A stretch of 59,122 nt of DNA from Candidatus Adlerbacteria bacterium RIFOXYC1_FULL_48_26 (GTDB lineage: Bacteria > Patescibacteriota > Minisyncoccia > Phycocordibacterales > SBAW01), in assembly GCA_001773575.1 (NCBI GenBank), contig MEXB01000012.1, positions 1 to 59,122 on the forward strand. Direction: 5' to 3'. Of this stretch, positions 9,780 to 18,633 are shown one piece after another. The translations under genes and the position numbers were made by a program. Each line of letters opens with the position of its first letter. The first letter of the stretch is position 1. The notes under the pieces are model-generated. The model saw only the letters and a program-made list of their open reading frames with translations, was not told the DNA's origin and searched no databases.

Positions 9780-10181
9780 TTAGTTTTCTAGCCCAAATCT
9801 GTTCAAACAATCGGAATAGTAATCATCTATAATTTTATGCCTTGCAACATCGTCAGCAGTAGCAATAGCCGTTGGATTAAATTCGGCTTCTGCAAAACAT
9901 TGTTGCCTTATGTGGCCAGAAGATCCTTCCTTTAGTAACGGAGGAACTGTCGTAAGGACTAGTATTATGGTCAGAACTACTAGTACCCAGGTTAACCCCA
10001 ATAACCATCTACTGTATTTATCGGTTGATTTTTTAGAAGCATTCAAAGCCTCTATGAGTCGGTGGTTGATTTCGGCTTGCCCCTTTTGAGCTCCCAGACC
10101 ACTTGTAGTACCTATTACGGTACTACCGACTAACTCGACGAGCTCATCAACTGTCATTTTTCGTGTATCGAGTTCAGACAT
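9780..10181 (-). CDS. hypothetical single-pass membrane protein
   Basis: 133 aa. Central TM helix [21 protein letters not shown]. Co-directional with and directly upstream of the 519-aa ORF. Confidence 0.55.
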   Translation of the reverse strand: MSELDTRKMTVDELVELVGSTVIGTTSGLGAQKGQAEINHRLIEALNASKKSTDKYSRWLLGLTWVLVVLTIILVLTTVPPLLKEGSSGHIRQQCFAEAEFNPTAIATADDVARHKIIDDYYSDCLNRFGLEN

Positions 10182-10203
10182 ATTGCTTCTTAGTTATTAT
10201 TTG

Positions 10204-10274
10204 CTGCCAGACTAGGATTCGAACCTAGATAAACAGATTCAGAGTCTGTTGTCCTACCATTAGACGATCTGGCA
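10204..10274 (-). tRNA. tRNA-Gln(CTG)
   Basis: Hand-folded cloverleaf: acceptor TGCCAGA/TCTGGCA (U1-A72), anticodon stem ACAGA/TCTGT, loop CTCTGAA, T-arm CTAGG-TTCGAAT-CCTAG. No encoded CCA. Confidence 0.9.
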
Positions 10275-10357
10275 ATTTGTACACCGGAGACGGCAATACC
10301 GCTTCAAAATACACTTAAATAGGGACTTTTTCAATGTTCCTTGTTCTGGTATAACAA

Positions 10358-10483
10358 GGCGGTCGGACTCAGGGTCATCATGCGCGACAGACGGCAGGCT
10401 TAGAAGCAGCCCTCCGTAAAAAAACCGTGGCTGGTTACTGTCCCGCGCTCGTAACTTTAACGAGCCGCCTGAGTCCGGCCCCC
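10358..10483 (+). ncRNA. ffs: structured small RNA, probably SRP RNA (4.5S-like)
   Basis: A 13-bp closing helix pairs 10361-10373 with 10468-10480. Inner helices GCGCGACAG/CTGTCCCGCGC and ACGG/CCGT flank CAGGCUUAGAAGCAGCC. That string resembles the SRP helix-8 motif CAGG...GGAAGCAGC. It has its own terminator. The apical loop is not a canonical GNRA. Confidence 0.5.
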
Positions 10484-10506
10484 ATCTCGAAAGAGGTGGG
10501 GTTTTT
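10480..10506 (+). terminator. rho-independent terminator of the SRP-like RNA
   Basis: ccccatctc-gaaa-gaggtgggg followed by ttttt. Confidence 0.75.
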
Positions 10507-10589
10507 CTTTATAAGGAACGTAGTCTGCCTTAACTCGACTACTGCCCAAATTTAGGGTAATTTTGCGAAGAAGCTCTTTGGAGGAGAGA

Positions 10590-10838
10590 ATGGATCTCAG
10601 CAAATTTGGCTTTGTAGTCCGCGAGACGACCGAAGAAGGCTCGGAGGAGATGCGTCTGGAAGTCCGTACAGCGGACAAGGACAATTTTGTCGCATGGTTT
10701 CGTACCATGATCCGCACGCATGACGGAGACGAAAAGACCGAGATTTCGGTGGAGTACGTGCGTCGGAAAGACATGAGCAGGACGCAAGACATTGCAGTCC
10801 GCGCTTGGCTGCGAGAACAAGTGGAAGCCCTGATTTGA
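10590..10838 (+). CDS. hypothetical acidic small protein (82 aa)
   Basis: ATG at 10590 preceded by GGAGGAGAGA. Followed by a clean terminator. I preferred it over the two overlapping minus-strand ORFs. Confidence 0.55.
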   Translation: MDLSKFGFVVRETTEEGSEEMRLEVRTADKDNFVAWFRTMIRTHDGDEKTEISVEYVRRKDMSRTQDIAVRAWLREQVEALI

Positions 10839-10859
10839 TCGGGACTGTAATTCAAAGCA

Positions 10860-10890
10860 AGACGACCCTAACCCGGTCGTCTATTTTTTT
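10860..10890 (+). terminator. rho-independent terminator
   Basis: agacgacc / ggtcgtct stem with a 7-nt loop, then a T7 run. Confidence 0.75.
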
Positions 10891-10929
10891 ACCAACCCCT
10901 CAACCCCAATATTTTGTTAGAGTGATGCT

Positions 10930-11859
10930 ATGAAGCGGACACTCATAGGCGCGGCGGTACTTGTGGGCACATTGGTGCTGGCATACGGGTTTGCTGTGGT
11001 GCGCGAAGATATAGGGCCAATAAAAGAGGGTGTATCCGAGGCGACCGTACTGTTTGCAGGAGATGCAATGTTCGACAGGACAGTGCGCCTCACTGCAGAG
11101 CGCCAAGGCGGCGACTATTTGTTTGAATGCATAAGCCCAACATTTAAAACCGCCGACCTGGTTGTTTTAAATCTTGAAGGGCCTATTACTTCGACTTCTT
11201 CTCTAAGTGTTGGCTCTGTACCTGGAGGCCCAGGCAACTATACGTTTACCTTCCCCACCTCAACAGCAGCGTTGCTCGCAAAGCACGGCGTAGGTGTCGT
11301 GAACATTGGCAACAATCATATTCGAGACTTTGGAAATACAGGGACACTTTCCACGATGGAATTTTTATCTGCCGCAGGGGTTCAATATTTTGGAGACCCT
11401 ATCACGCACACGGTGGCGCGGAAGGATATACAAGACGCACGGCTCTCTTTAATAAACTACAACGAGTTTATTGGATACTCTCAGGCCGCTTCTATAACAC
11501 TCTCGCAGATACACGCTGAAGCAGCTGCAGGCCGCCTCCCTATCGTCTACACGCATTGGGGTATTGAATACGCTACAACAACGCCAAGCTCTATCAGAGA
11601 GCTTGCACATCAGTTTGTGGAGGCAGGTGCCGTAGCAGTTATAGGCTCACACCCCCACGTTGTTGGAGAGTCAGAAGTATATAACCGCGCGCCTATCTAC
11701 TACTCGCTGGGGAATTTTATATTCGACCAATACTTCTCATACGAGACAACACACGGCCTTATGGTCGCTATTACATTTTCAAACGGCCGCATAAAAGGAG
11801 TACGCGAAATCCCTGTGGAAATTCACAAGAACCAGGTTTGCCCTATGCAAACAATCTAA
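10930..11859 (+). CDS. CapA-family (PGA_cap) metallophosphatase-like protein
   Basis: 309 aa. N-terminal signal-anchor. Motifs FAGD, NLEGPIT, NIGNNH, HWGIEY and GSHPHV. Confidence 0.8.
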   Translation: MKRTLIGAAVLVGTLVLAYGFAVVREDIGPIKEGVSEATVLFAGDAMFDRTVRLTAERQGGDYLFECISPTFKTADLVVLNLEGPITSTSSLSVGSVPGGPGNYTFTFPTSTAALLAKHGVGVVNIGNNHIRDFGNTGTLSTMEFLSAAGVQYFGDPITHTVARKDIQDARLSLINYNEFIGYSQAASITLSQIHAEAAAGRLPIVYTHWGIEYATTTPSSIRELAHQFVEAGAVAVIGSHPHVVGESEVYNRAPIYYSLGNFIFDQYFSYETTHGLMVAITFSNGRIKGVREIPVEIHKNQVCPMQTI

Positions 11860-11865
11860 GGCCGG

Positions 11866-13524
11866 CTATTTCTTTTCGCTTGCTGCTTTTATAAACGCAG
11901 AGAAAATTGGGTGCGGTGTAAGAGGGCGAGAAAGGAATTCTGGGTGAGACTGAATACCTATAAAGAATGGGTGCACTTCGCGAGGGAGCTCTGCAACTTC
12001 CATAAGCACTCCGTCTGGTGATGTTCCAGAGAACACCATTCCAGCCTCTTCAAGCTTTGGAATAAATGTAGGGTTCACTTCGTAGCGGTGGCGGTGACGT
12101 TCAGAAATTTTATCGGTACCAAAGATCTCACGAGCAAGGGTGCCGTCTTTAAGAACACATGGGTATGCCCCCAAGCGCATCGTGCCGCCAAACTTTCCTT
12201 CTTGAACAATCGCCTTCTGCGACTCCATGATATCTATTACTGGATATTCAATATTCTTTTTAACTTCAGCGGTGTGCGCATCCTTCATACCCGCCACATT
12301 GCGTGCGTACTCTATAACAGCGAGCTGCATGCCGTAGCAGATACCAAAGTATGGGATCTTCTTTGTACGAGCGTATTCAATAACTTTGATCTTCCCTTCT
12401 ACGCCGGTCTCACCAAAGCCGCCTGGCACGAGGATGCCACCAAACTTATCAAGTTCAGAAAGTGGTGTTTTACCTGTCTCAAACTCTTGAGAAGAAAGGT
12501 AGGTAATTTTTGGTTTAAGGTCCAAGTGGTACGCAGCTGTTTTAACTGCTTCAAGGACTGAGATATATACGTCTGAAAGTACGAACTCACCCGATGAGAA
12601 ATATTTACCAACAACCGCTATCTCTACTTCTTTTGTGGCGTTTTTAGATTTATCAACGAAAGACTGCCACTCGCGCAAATCTGTCTTGGTCTGTGGAAGC
12701 GAAAGGACATCAGTCAAAATATCTCCAAGCCCATCTTGTTCATAGTTGCCCGGCACATCGTAAATGCTTTTTACATCCGGAGCAGAGATAACACGCTCAT
12801 TTGGAATGTTGCAGAATATCGCGATTTTTTCTTTGCGCTTTTCATCAAGCGGTACAGCGGCACGAGCCAAGATAACATCTGCCTGCAAACCTACTGAGTT
12901 AAGCGAGCGAGCCGCATACTGCGTTGGCTTGGTCTTCATCTCACCAATATTTCCTGGGATTGGCACGTACGAAACCATAACAACTCCAACATCTTTATGA
13001 TGCTGTTGTTTAAGCATACGAGCTGCTTCAAGGAAGATAATGTTTTGGTACTCACCAATGGTGCCGCCTATTTCTACAATAGTTACATCAGCCTGAGCTT
13101 GTGCTTGAGCTTCTTTAATACGACGAATAACTTCAAGTGGCACATCTGGCACCACTTCTACGTTTTTGCCTCCGTACTCCAAATTTCTCTCGCGGCGGAT
13201 AACTTCCTGGTACACACGACCAGTAGTCATGTAGTTTATCGAAGGGAATGACTCATCCAAGAAACGCTCGTAGTTACCCATGTCCTGGTCAGTCTCATAG
13301 CCGTCATCCAACACGAACACTTCACCGTGTTCTGTTGGGTTCATCGTTCCGGCATCAACGTTGATATATGGGTCGATCTTTATCGCCGTTACTTTAAAAC
13401 CCTTGGCTTTCAAAATCTTTCCTATGGAAGATGCAGCGACACCCTTCCCCACGCCCGACATAACTCCGCCGACGACGAAAATGTATTTCGGGTCGGTTTT
13501 TGCTTTTGAAAAAGAAAACATCAT
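11866..13524 (-). CDS. pyrG: CTP synthase
   Basis: 552 aa. GGVMSGVGKG P-loop-like motif and the glutaminase GICYGMQ...HRHRYE. Confidence 0.95.
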   Translation of the reverse strand: MMFSFSKAKTDPKYIFVVGGVMSGVGKGVAASSIGKILKAKGFKVTAIKIDPYINVDAGTMNPTEHGEVFVLDDGYETDQDMGNYERFLDESFPSINYMTTGRVYQEVIRRERNLEYGGKNVEVVPDVPLEVIRRIKEAQAQAQADVTIVEIGGTIGEYQNIIFLEAARMLKQQHHKDVGVVMVSYVPIPGNIGEMKTKPTQYAARSLNSVGLQADVILARAAVPLDEKRKEKIAIFCNIPNERVISAPDVKSIYDVPGNYEQDGLGDILTDVLSLPQTKTDLREWQSFVDKSKNATKEVEIAVVGKYFSSGEFVLSDVYISVLEAVKTAAYHLDLKPKITYLSSQEFETGKTPLSELDKFGGILVPGGFGETGVEGKIKVIEYARTKKIPYFGICYGMQLAVIEYARNVAGMKDAHTAEVKKNIEYPVIDIMESQKAIVQEGKFGGTMRLGAYPCVLKDGTLAREIFGTDKISERHRHRYEVNPTFIPKLEEAGMVFSGTSPDGVLMEVAELPREVHPFFIGIQSHPEFLSRPLTPHPIFSAFIKAASEKK

Positions 13525-13527
13525 TTA

Positions 13528-14463
13528 CTAAATCTTTAAATATCGTCGCACGGCGAGGTAACTTGCAACCGCACCGAGCAATACGCCCGTTCCGATGATA
13601 ATAGCGAAAAAGACGAAGAAGTGCGAGAGGTAGTAGTGGAATACGTTAATACCACCGAAGAAATTCTGTGTTGCCTCCCCCATCCAGTAGGTCACTGGGT
13701 ACAAGAGTAGGAGCGTAATGATTCCCGATATAAGGCCGTAGAGCACACCCTCCACCATAAATGGTGCGCGGATATAGAACTGGCCGGCACCCACAAGGCG
13801 CATAACCTGAATCTCCTCGCGCGAGGTGTAAATAGCCAAACGGAGCGTGTTAAACGAGATAGCGATAGTTACTGCAACCAATATCAAGATAATGATAAGG
13901 CCGATGCGCCCTGCTGAGTCTGTGATCTCCTGCAGACGGTCGAGTGCCTGGCGGTGCTGCTGGTCAAAGTAGTTAATCTTGTCGATGATACTGGCCCCAC
14001 CTCCACCGTTTTGCTGCTGTTGCTGCAAGAACTGCGCAATTGCATCGTATTGAGAAATATCTTTTGCCTTAATGTCGAGCTCTGCGCCAAGTGGATTGTC
14101 TCCAAGCTCCTGCAATGCCTGCAAGGTTAGCTGGTCGTTCTGGTGGCGGTTACGAAATGCAGTAAGCGCATCTTCTGCAGAGGTGTAGGTTACCGCCTCT
14201 ACTTGCGGCAAAGTCTGCAGGGTTTGTTGCAACTGCAAAATCTGCTCTTCAGGTGCGCGCGTAGTGAAGTACACCGTCACATCTGCTTTGTCGCGCAATG
14301 TCGCGAGGGTGGAATTCAACATCACACCTGCAAACAGTGTTGTGCCGACAACGAAGAGCGTCACCGTCATTACGAGGATAGATGCGAGGGAGACAAAGCC
14401 GTTTCTCCAGAAATCGAGAAACCCAGCACGCAAAATTCTTTTTAGAATAACGGAGTCAAACAT
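13528..14463 (-). CDS. ftsX: cell-division permease FtsX
   Basis: 311 aa. One N-terminal TM, a large extracytoplasmic loop, then three C-terminal TMs. Lies directly downstream of ftsE. Confidence 0.88.
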   Translation of the reverse strand: MFDSVILKRILRAGFLDFWRNGFVSLASILVMTVTLFVVGTTLFAGVMLNSTLATLRDKADVTVYFTTRAPEEQILQLQQTLQTLPQVEAVTYTSAEDALTAFRNRHQNDQLTLQALQELGDNPLGAELDIKAKDISQYDAIAQFLQQQQQNGGGGASIIDKINYFDQQHRQALDRLQEITDSAGRIGLIIILILVAVTIAISFNTLRLAIYTSREEIQVMRLVGAGQFYIRAPFMVEGVLYGLISGIITLLLLYPVTYWMGEATQNFFGGINVFHYYLSHFFVFFAIIIGTGVLLGAVASYLAVRRYLKI

Positions 14464-14472
14464 AGATACAGT

Positions 14473-15153
14473 TTACAATATATATTTCCCTTCGCGGTCA
14501 TCACGGATGATCTTCCCACGATCCATAGTAATAACGCGCTTTTTGAGCGCGTCTATAACGCCTTTATTGTGTGTTGTAAGGATAACTGTGGTTCCTAAAT
14601 CGTTAATCTTCTTTAGGATTTGAACGATTTCAAACGTGTTTACTGGGTCGAGGTTACCGGTTGGCTCGTCGGCAATAATGACATCGGGCTGGTTCACAAT
14701 CGCACGCGCGATAGCAATGCGCTGCTGTTCCCCACCAGAAAGTTCGTCTGGAAAATTATTCGCCTTGTCGGTGAGGTCTACGAGGTCGAGCACGTGTGGC
14801 ACATCGGAATGAATTTCTTCTTCAGCGCGGCCAGCAGCCTCCATCGCGAACGCAATATTTTCATACGCAGTTTTTTGTGGAAGCAAACGAAAATCTTGAA
14901 AGACAGTACCAATTTTGCGACGAAGATGGTTGATGCGGTTCATCGGCACCTCGTGCACGTTTATAGATTCAAAAAAGACAGAGCCCGAGCTGGGCTTTTC
15001 TTCTGCAAGGAGCATTTTGACGAGTGTCGTTTTTCCGGCACCTGAATGACCAACGATGGAGATGAACTCACCAGGTTCTACTGAAAAACTGACATCCTCA
15101 AGAGCGATGGAGTTATCTGCATATACTTTACCTACTCGGTCGTAATATATCAT
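14473..15153 (-). CDS. ftsE: cell-division ATP-binding protein FtsE
   Basis: 226 aa. Walker [13 protein letters not shown] signature LSGGEQQR and Walker B IIADEPTG. Confidence 0.92.
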   Translation of the reverse strand: MIYYDRVGKVYADNSIALEDVSFSVEPGEFISIVGHSGAGKTTLVKMLLAEEKPSSGSVFFESINVHEVPMNRINHLRRKIGTVFQDFRLLPQKTAYENIAFAMEAAGRAEEEIHSDVPHVLDLVDLTDKANNFPDELSGGEQQRIAIARAIVNQPDVIIADEPTGNLDPVNTFEIVQILKKINDLGTTVILTTHNKGVIDALKKRVITMDRGKIIRDDREGKYIL

Positions 15154-15170
15154 TTTGCAACCTATGTATT

Positions 15171-16046
15171 CTACATCATTTTTTCGGGCTCCAAAAATGG
15201 CTCTATGTTGCCTTCAAGCACCCCCTCAGCATCATGAACTTCCACATTTGTACGATGGTCTTTCACAAGTTTGTAGGGATGAAGCACATAGGAGCGGATC
15301 TGGCTCCCCCATTCAATCTTTGAGGTATTGGTTGAAAGCTCTGCGACTGTCTTTTTGCGTTGCGCTTCGAGTTGATGGAACAGTTTTGCTTTAACGATAG
15401 CCAATGCTTTTTCACGGTTAGAGTTTTGTGAACGCTCACCGTCTGCATGCGCAGAAATACCTGTAGGAATGTGCACAACACGCACTGCAGTTTCTCGCTT
15501 GTTAACGTTCTGTCCACCCGGGCCACTTGAACGAGCAAATGTTATCTCAAGCTCATCTTCTGGAATTTCAAAATCAGTAATTTTTTCCACCACCGGCAAA
15601 ATTTCAACGAGTGTAAATGATGTTTGGCGTTTTTGTGAGGCGTTAAATGGAGAAATGCGAACAAGGCGATGCACGCCGTATTCATTCTTCAGCGTTCCGT
15701 ATGCATTTTTCCCTTCTATTTCGACAGTGATATTACGATACCCACCGTGGTCGTTTTCGTTCTGGTGCAGTACACGCATACCCCATCCGCGCTTCTCGGT
15801 ATATTTGCGGTACATCTCCAAGAGCATGTGCGCAAAATCTTCAGCATCATCGCCGCCTGCGCCTGCCACTATCATCATAATGGCATTACCCTTATCGTAT
15901 TTACTTCCTCCTTCTGCTTCTGATTTTAAATCTTGAAGTTCTTTGATCATTGCCTGCGCTTTTGCAGGAACGCTCCAAAAATCCGGCGCTTGCATCGCAG
16001 CTTCAATTTCTACTATTCGTTTCTGTATCTGCTCCTTCTCATCCAT
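15171..16046 (-). CDS. prfB: peptide chain release factor 2 (short N-terminal domain, no frameshift)
   Basis: SPF tripeptide (RISPFNAS) and GGQ (SGPGGQNVN). Start placed at the ATG at 16046 (MDEKEQIQKRI...). The track extension to 16271 overlaps the divergent Nudix gene. Confidence 0.85.
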   Translation of the reverse strand: MDEKEQIQKRIVEIEAAMQAPDFWSVPAKAQAMIKELQDLKSEAEGGSKYDKGNAIMMIVAGAGGDDAEDFAHMLLEMYRKYTEKRGWGMRVLHQNENDHGGYRNITVEIEGKNAYGTLKNEYGVHRLVRISPFNASQKRQTSFTLVEILPVVEKITDFEIPEDELEITFARSSGPGGQNVNKRETAVRVVHIPTGISAHADGERSQNSNREKALAIVKAKLFHQLEAQRKKTVAELSTNTSKIEWGSQIRSYVLHPYKLVKDHRTNVEVHDAEGVLEGNIEPFLEPEKMM

Positions 16047-16118
16047 AAATATACGACGAGTGTAGCATACCGTTGACTTTCCCACCTTCTCTGCTACGGT
16101 GCGGCTAGAGGTGCACCC

Positions 16119-16610
16119 ATGCATACACACAAGGAGGGCTCTTTTGCCCTTATGGTTGCGATTTACAGTCGCGACCCCGATACGTTTCTCCTGATCAAAA
16201 ACCACAAAGCGGCAACCAATCGCTGGAAGTTTATTGGCGAGACGAGCGAGCCCGGCGAGACGTGGCGACACACGCTTGTGCGGGCACTATGGGAAGAAGG
16301 TGGGTTTAGAATCCGTGTTGTCTGCGACGAAATCGGTAATATCGTCGAACTAGGCGACCCAGAGATCTCCATCGCTGAAGTTCGTCCAGTGCGCATCGTA
16401 CAAGGGAGAAGCCTGCACGAGCAGTATTTCTGTAAAGTAAGGCTCCCCTACGCACGACTAAAAGATCTTTCGGGAAAAATATTCCCTGGAATCGATATGT
16501 ACGAAGAATTCGAAACCAAAATGGTTTCGTTTGAAGAAGTCGATTCAATGCCGGACTTCTTTCGCGCTCATCGCACACTAGTCCAACAATTCCTTGGATA
16601 CCCTGCCTAA
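16119..16610 (+). CDS. Nudix hydrolase
   Basis: Nudix box GETSEPGETWRHTLVRALWEEGGF. The exact start is uncertain. Confidence 0.8.
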   Translation: MHTHKEGSFALMVAIYSRDPDTFLLIKNHKAATNRWKFIGETSEPGETWRHTLVRALWEEGGFRIRVVCDEIGNIVELGDPEISIAEVRPVRIVQGRSLHEQYFCKVRLPYARLKDLSGKIFPGIDMYEEFETKMVSFEEVDSMPDFFRAHRTLVQQFLGYPA

Positions 16611-16634
16611 AGCGGGGTATTTTCTTTTATCTTA

Positions 16635-16710
16635 TGGAGCCAACGGCCGGGATTGAACCGGCGACCTTCTCGTTACGAGTGAGATGCTCTACCAACTGAG
16701 CTACGTTGGC
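16635..16710 (-). tRNA. tRNA-Thr(CGT)
   Basis: GCCAACGTAGCTCAGTTGGTAGAGC..., anticodon loop CTCGTAA, T-arm GCCGG-TTCAATC-CCGGC, encoded CCA. Confidence 0.9.
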
Positions 16711-16720
16711 CTACTGGCCC

Positions 16721-16796
16721 TGGAGCCGTTGCCCGGGATTGAACCGGGGACCTACGCCTTACCATGGCGTTGCTCTACCAGCTGAGCTACAACGGC
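16721..16796 (-). tRNA. tRNA-Thr(GGT)
   Basis: GCCGTTGTAGCTCAGCTGGTAGAGC..., anticodon stem ACGCC/GGCGT, loop ATGGTAA, encoded CCA. Confidence 0.9.
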
Positions 16797-16879
16797 GATG
16801 TAGCAAAAGATATCAGACAGATGAGTCTTTGACTAGAGCCTCTCACACAAAAAATATCAATATATGCTTCCGAATGTAC

Positions 16880-17800
16880 CTAACGGAATATTCCGCTGAA
16901 GAAAACAGCTGCTGTCTGTCCAATAAATCCAAGGAAGCTCGTTGTCGTTGCGTTCTGTCGTCCCTCCATATTTTTAGGACGCTTGATATCGGGAAAATTT
17001 CGAGGCATAGAATTCTCTGTGCTCGTTCCTATCTTCTGGAGTTTTTGTGCTCTCTCCGGAGTTATAAGGCCACTTTGCGCCGCAAAATCGGTGCATTTCT
17101 TTACGATCTCAGGGTCGGTAGCTTCCTTACACTTTGCAAAATCTTTCAGAGAACTGAACGGTGCACTGCTGCTTGCAATAGCAGAGAATACTTTTCGGGC
17201 TCCGTCTTCATTAAATCCTTTTGGCAAAACACCCGCAGCTTTTGCAAACTCAAAGCAAGATTTTGCTTGATCAACCGTTGAAGGCTTCTCGCATGCCTCT
17301 TTGCACGACCTTGCATCCGTGCAGCCCGTAGGCAATGTTACACCACTCTTTAAGGCGGCACTTATCTTCTCTGCTTTTTGAAGAGCTTCTCCTTTAAACA
17401 AAGAGTGTGTTTTCCCGTATGCAACACACGTTTGTATGTGCGCAGTGTCATCGCAGTATGTTTTGCACGCCTGCACAGGATCAGATGCACCGGCCCCACA
17501 CTTCCCCGGCCCTCCATTCGCTTTAATTATCTCCGAGAGTTTGGAGCGTTCGGAATTGCTTTGTTGAACCTGCTCAGCGCGTTTCAGTCCGCGAGACTTT
17601 GCATACGAAGAGCACGCAGAATGATTGGACTCAATGTCGCAGTATGCCTTACATGCCGCTCGGTCAGCACAACTTCCAAGCTCTGCAATTGGGAACGTTG
17701 GCTCAGATGATGTCGTTTGTGCCTGCACAGACACTCCTACGACAAGTGCGGAGAAAACGAACGCTGCGAGTATTGCATTAGAAAGGGTTTTGGTAGTCAT
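16880..17800 (-). CDS. secreted cysteine-rich repeat protein with C-terminal hydrophobic anchor
   Basis: 306 aa. Signal peptide ...VSVQAQT. Four copies of a C-x(4-8)-C-x2-[YA]C-x(6-10)-C-x2-[YF][AG]K module. C-terminal stretch TSFLGFIGQTAAVFFSGIF. Confidence 0.7.
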   Translation of the reverse strand: MTTKTLSNAILAAFVFSALVVGVSVQAQTTSSEPTFPIAELGSCADRAACKAYCDIESNHSACSSYAKSRGLKRAEQVQQSNSERSKLSEIIKANGGPGKCGAGASDPVQACKTYCDDTAHIQTCVAYGKTHSLFKGEALQKAEKISAALKSGVTLPTGCTDARSCKEACEKPSTVDQAKSCFEFAKAAGVLPKGFNEDGARKVFSAIASSSAPFSSLKDFAKCKEATDPEIVKKCTDFAAQSGLITPERAQKLQKIGTSTENSMPRNFPDIKRPKNMEGRQNATTTSFLGFIGQTAAVFFSGIFR

Positions 17801-18284
17801 TGTCGTTTGATTGAGTAGTAAAAGGATTTGTATCGTCTGCTGGATTTACCGCCGGAGTTACATCGGTCACTGGGTTTGAAGTCGTGGTGGCCTCTGCGCT
17901 CGCGTCAGTGTCTAGCATTGCAGCATCCTGATCAACAGTTTGTTCTACCTGAGACATAGGCTGCATCATGAAATAGTAATAGTAGGCAGCTGCTCCTCCA
18001 GCAGATGCCACTAACAATACGAGGATCAGTATCCATAGCATCAGATGGGATTGTGGCTTCGTCACAGGTTCCGAAACAGAACTTTGGATTGGGGCCATAG
18101 TGGGAGGCGCAGGCTGCGGTACAGGAGCTGCTGCAGGAGCGGGCTGAGGAACCAGCGCAGCAAACGTCTCAGTTATATCCGTGACATTCCATCCCTGCCC
18201 TACCAAGGCCTGTTGGATTGCATCCTTTGCCACGCCCGCTGCGAGCTGCTCCTTTATATAGTCGAGCAATTGTTGGTTCACCAT
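17778..18284 (-). CDS. hypothetical single-pass membrane protein (Pro/Ala-rich linker)
   Basis: 168 aa. N-terminal helical domain, PQPAPAAAPVPQPAPP linker, TM helix LMLWILILVLLVASAGGAAAYYYY. Confidence 0.6.
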   Translation of the reverse strand: MVNQQLLDYIKEQLAAGVAKDAIQQALVGQGWNVTDITETFAALVPQPAPAAAPVPQPAPPTMAPIQSSVSEPVTKPQSHLMLWILILVLLVASAGGAAAYYYYFMMQPMSQVEQTVDQDAAMLDTDASAEATTTSNPVTDVTPAVNPADDTNPFTTQSNDNDYQNPF

Positions 18285-18369
18285 ACAAAAAAGAAACTAT
18301 CTATAGCGATAGTATGGCATGAGTTTTTGCACCACATAGAGCCCGGTGGGGATTATCGAACAAATGATG

Positions 18370-18443
18370 CGCGAGAGACGGGACTCGAACCCGCAACCTC
18401 TGCCGTGACAGGGCAGCGCTCTAACCAGTTGAGCTACTCCCGC
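18370..18443 (-). tRNA. tRNA-Asp(GTC)
   Basis: GCGGGAGTAGCTCAACTGGTTAGAGC, anticodon stem CTGCC/GGCAG, loop CTGTCAC, T-loop TTCGAGT. Confidence 0.9.
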
Positions 18444-18498
18444 ATATGAATGCGGACAAGCAGATAGTAGCGCATCGTGCGCACTTTTTCTACTCGTG

Positions 18499-18572
18499 TG
18501 TCGGAGGCGGGAGTCGAACCCGCGACCTCAGCGTTATGAATGCTGTGCTCTAACCATCTGAGCTACCCCGAC
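18499..18572 (-). tRNA. tRNA-Met(CAT), elongator type (or Ile2 if lysidinylated)
   Basis: GTCGGGGTAGCTCAGATGGTTAGAGC, anticodon loop TTCATAA, T-arm GCGGG-TTCGACT-CCCGC, G1-C72 pair. Confidence 0.85.
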
Positions 18573-18633
18573 AATACTCAACAAACTAGCATTTCTGGGC
18601 ATTTTTTGCTACATTGTAGGCACGTTTGAATAT

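Noticed and set aside
10457-10855. Two minus-strand ORFs (132 and 93 aa)
   Set aside because: They overlap the SRP-like RNA terminator and are antisense to the + ORF 10590-10838. That + ORF has an SD, an ATG and a clean terminator.
16047-16271. N-terminal extension of prfB and a possible +1 frameshift site
   Set aside because: The extension overlaps the divergent Nudix gene and reads as junk (MSPRLAGLARLANKLPAIGCRF...). No CTTTGAC shift motif or short upstream frame is present.
16706-17281. 191-aa + strand ORF
   Set aside because: It starts inside tRNA-Thr(GGT) and is antisense to the Cys-rich secreted protein gene.
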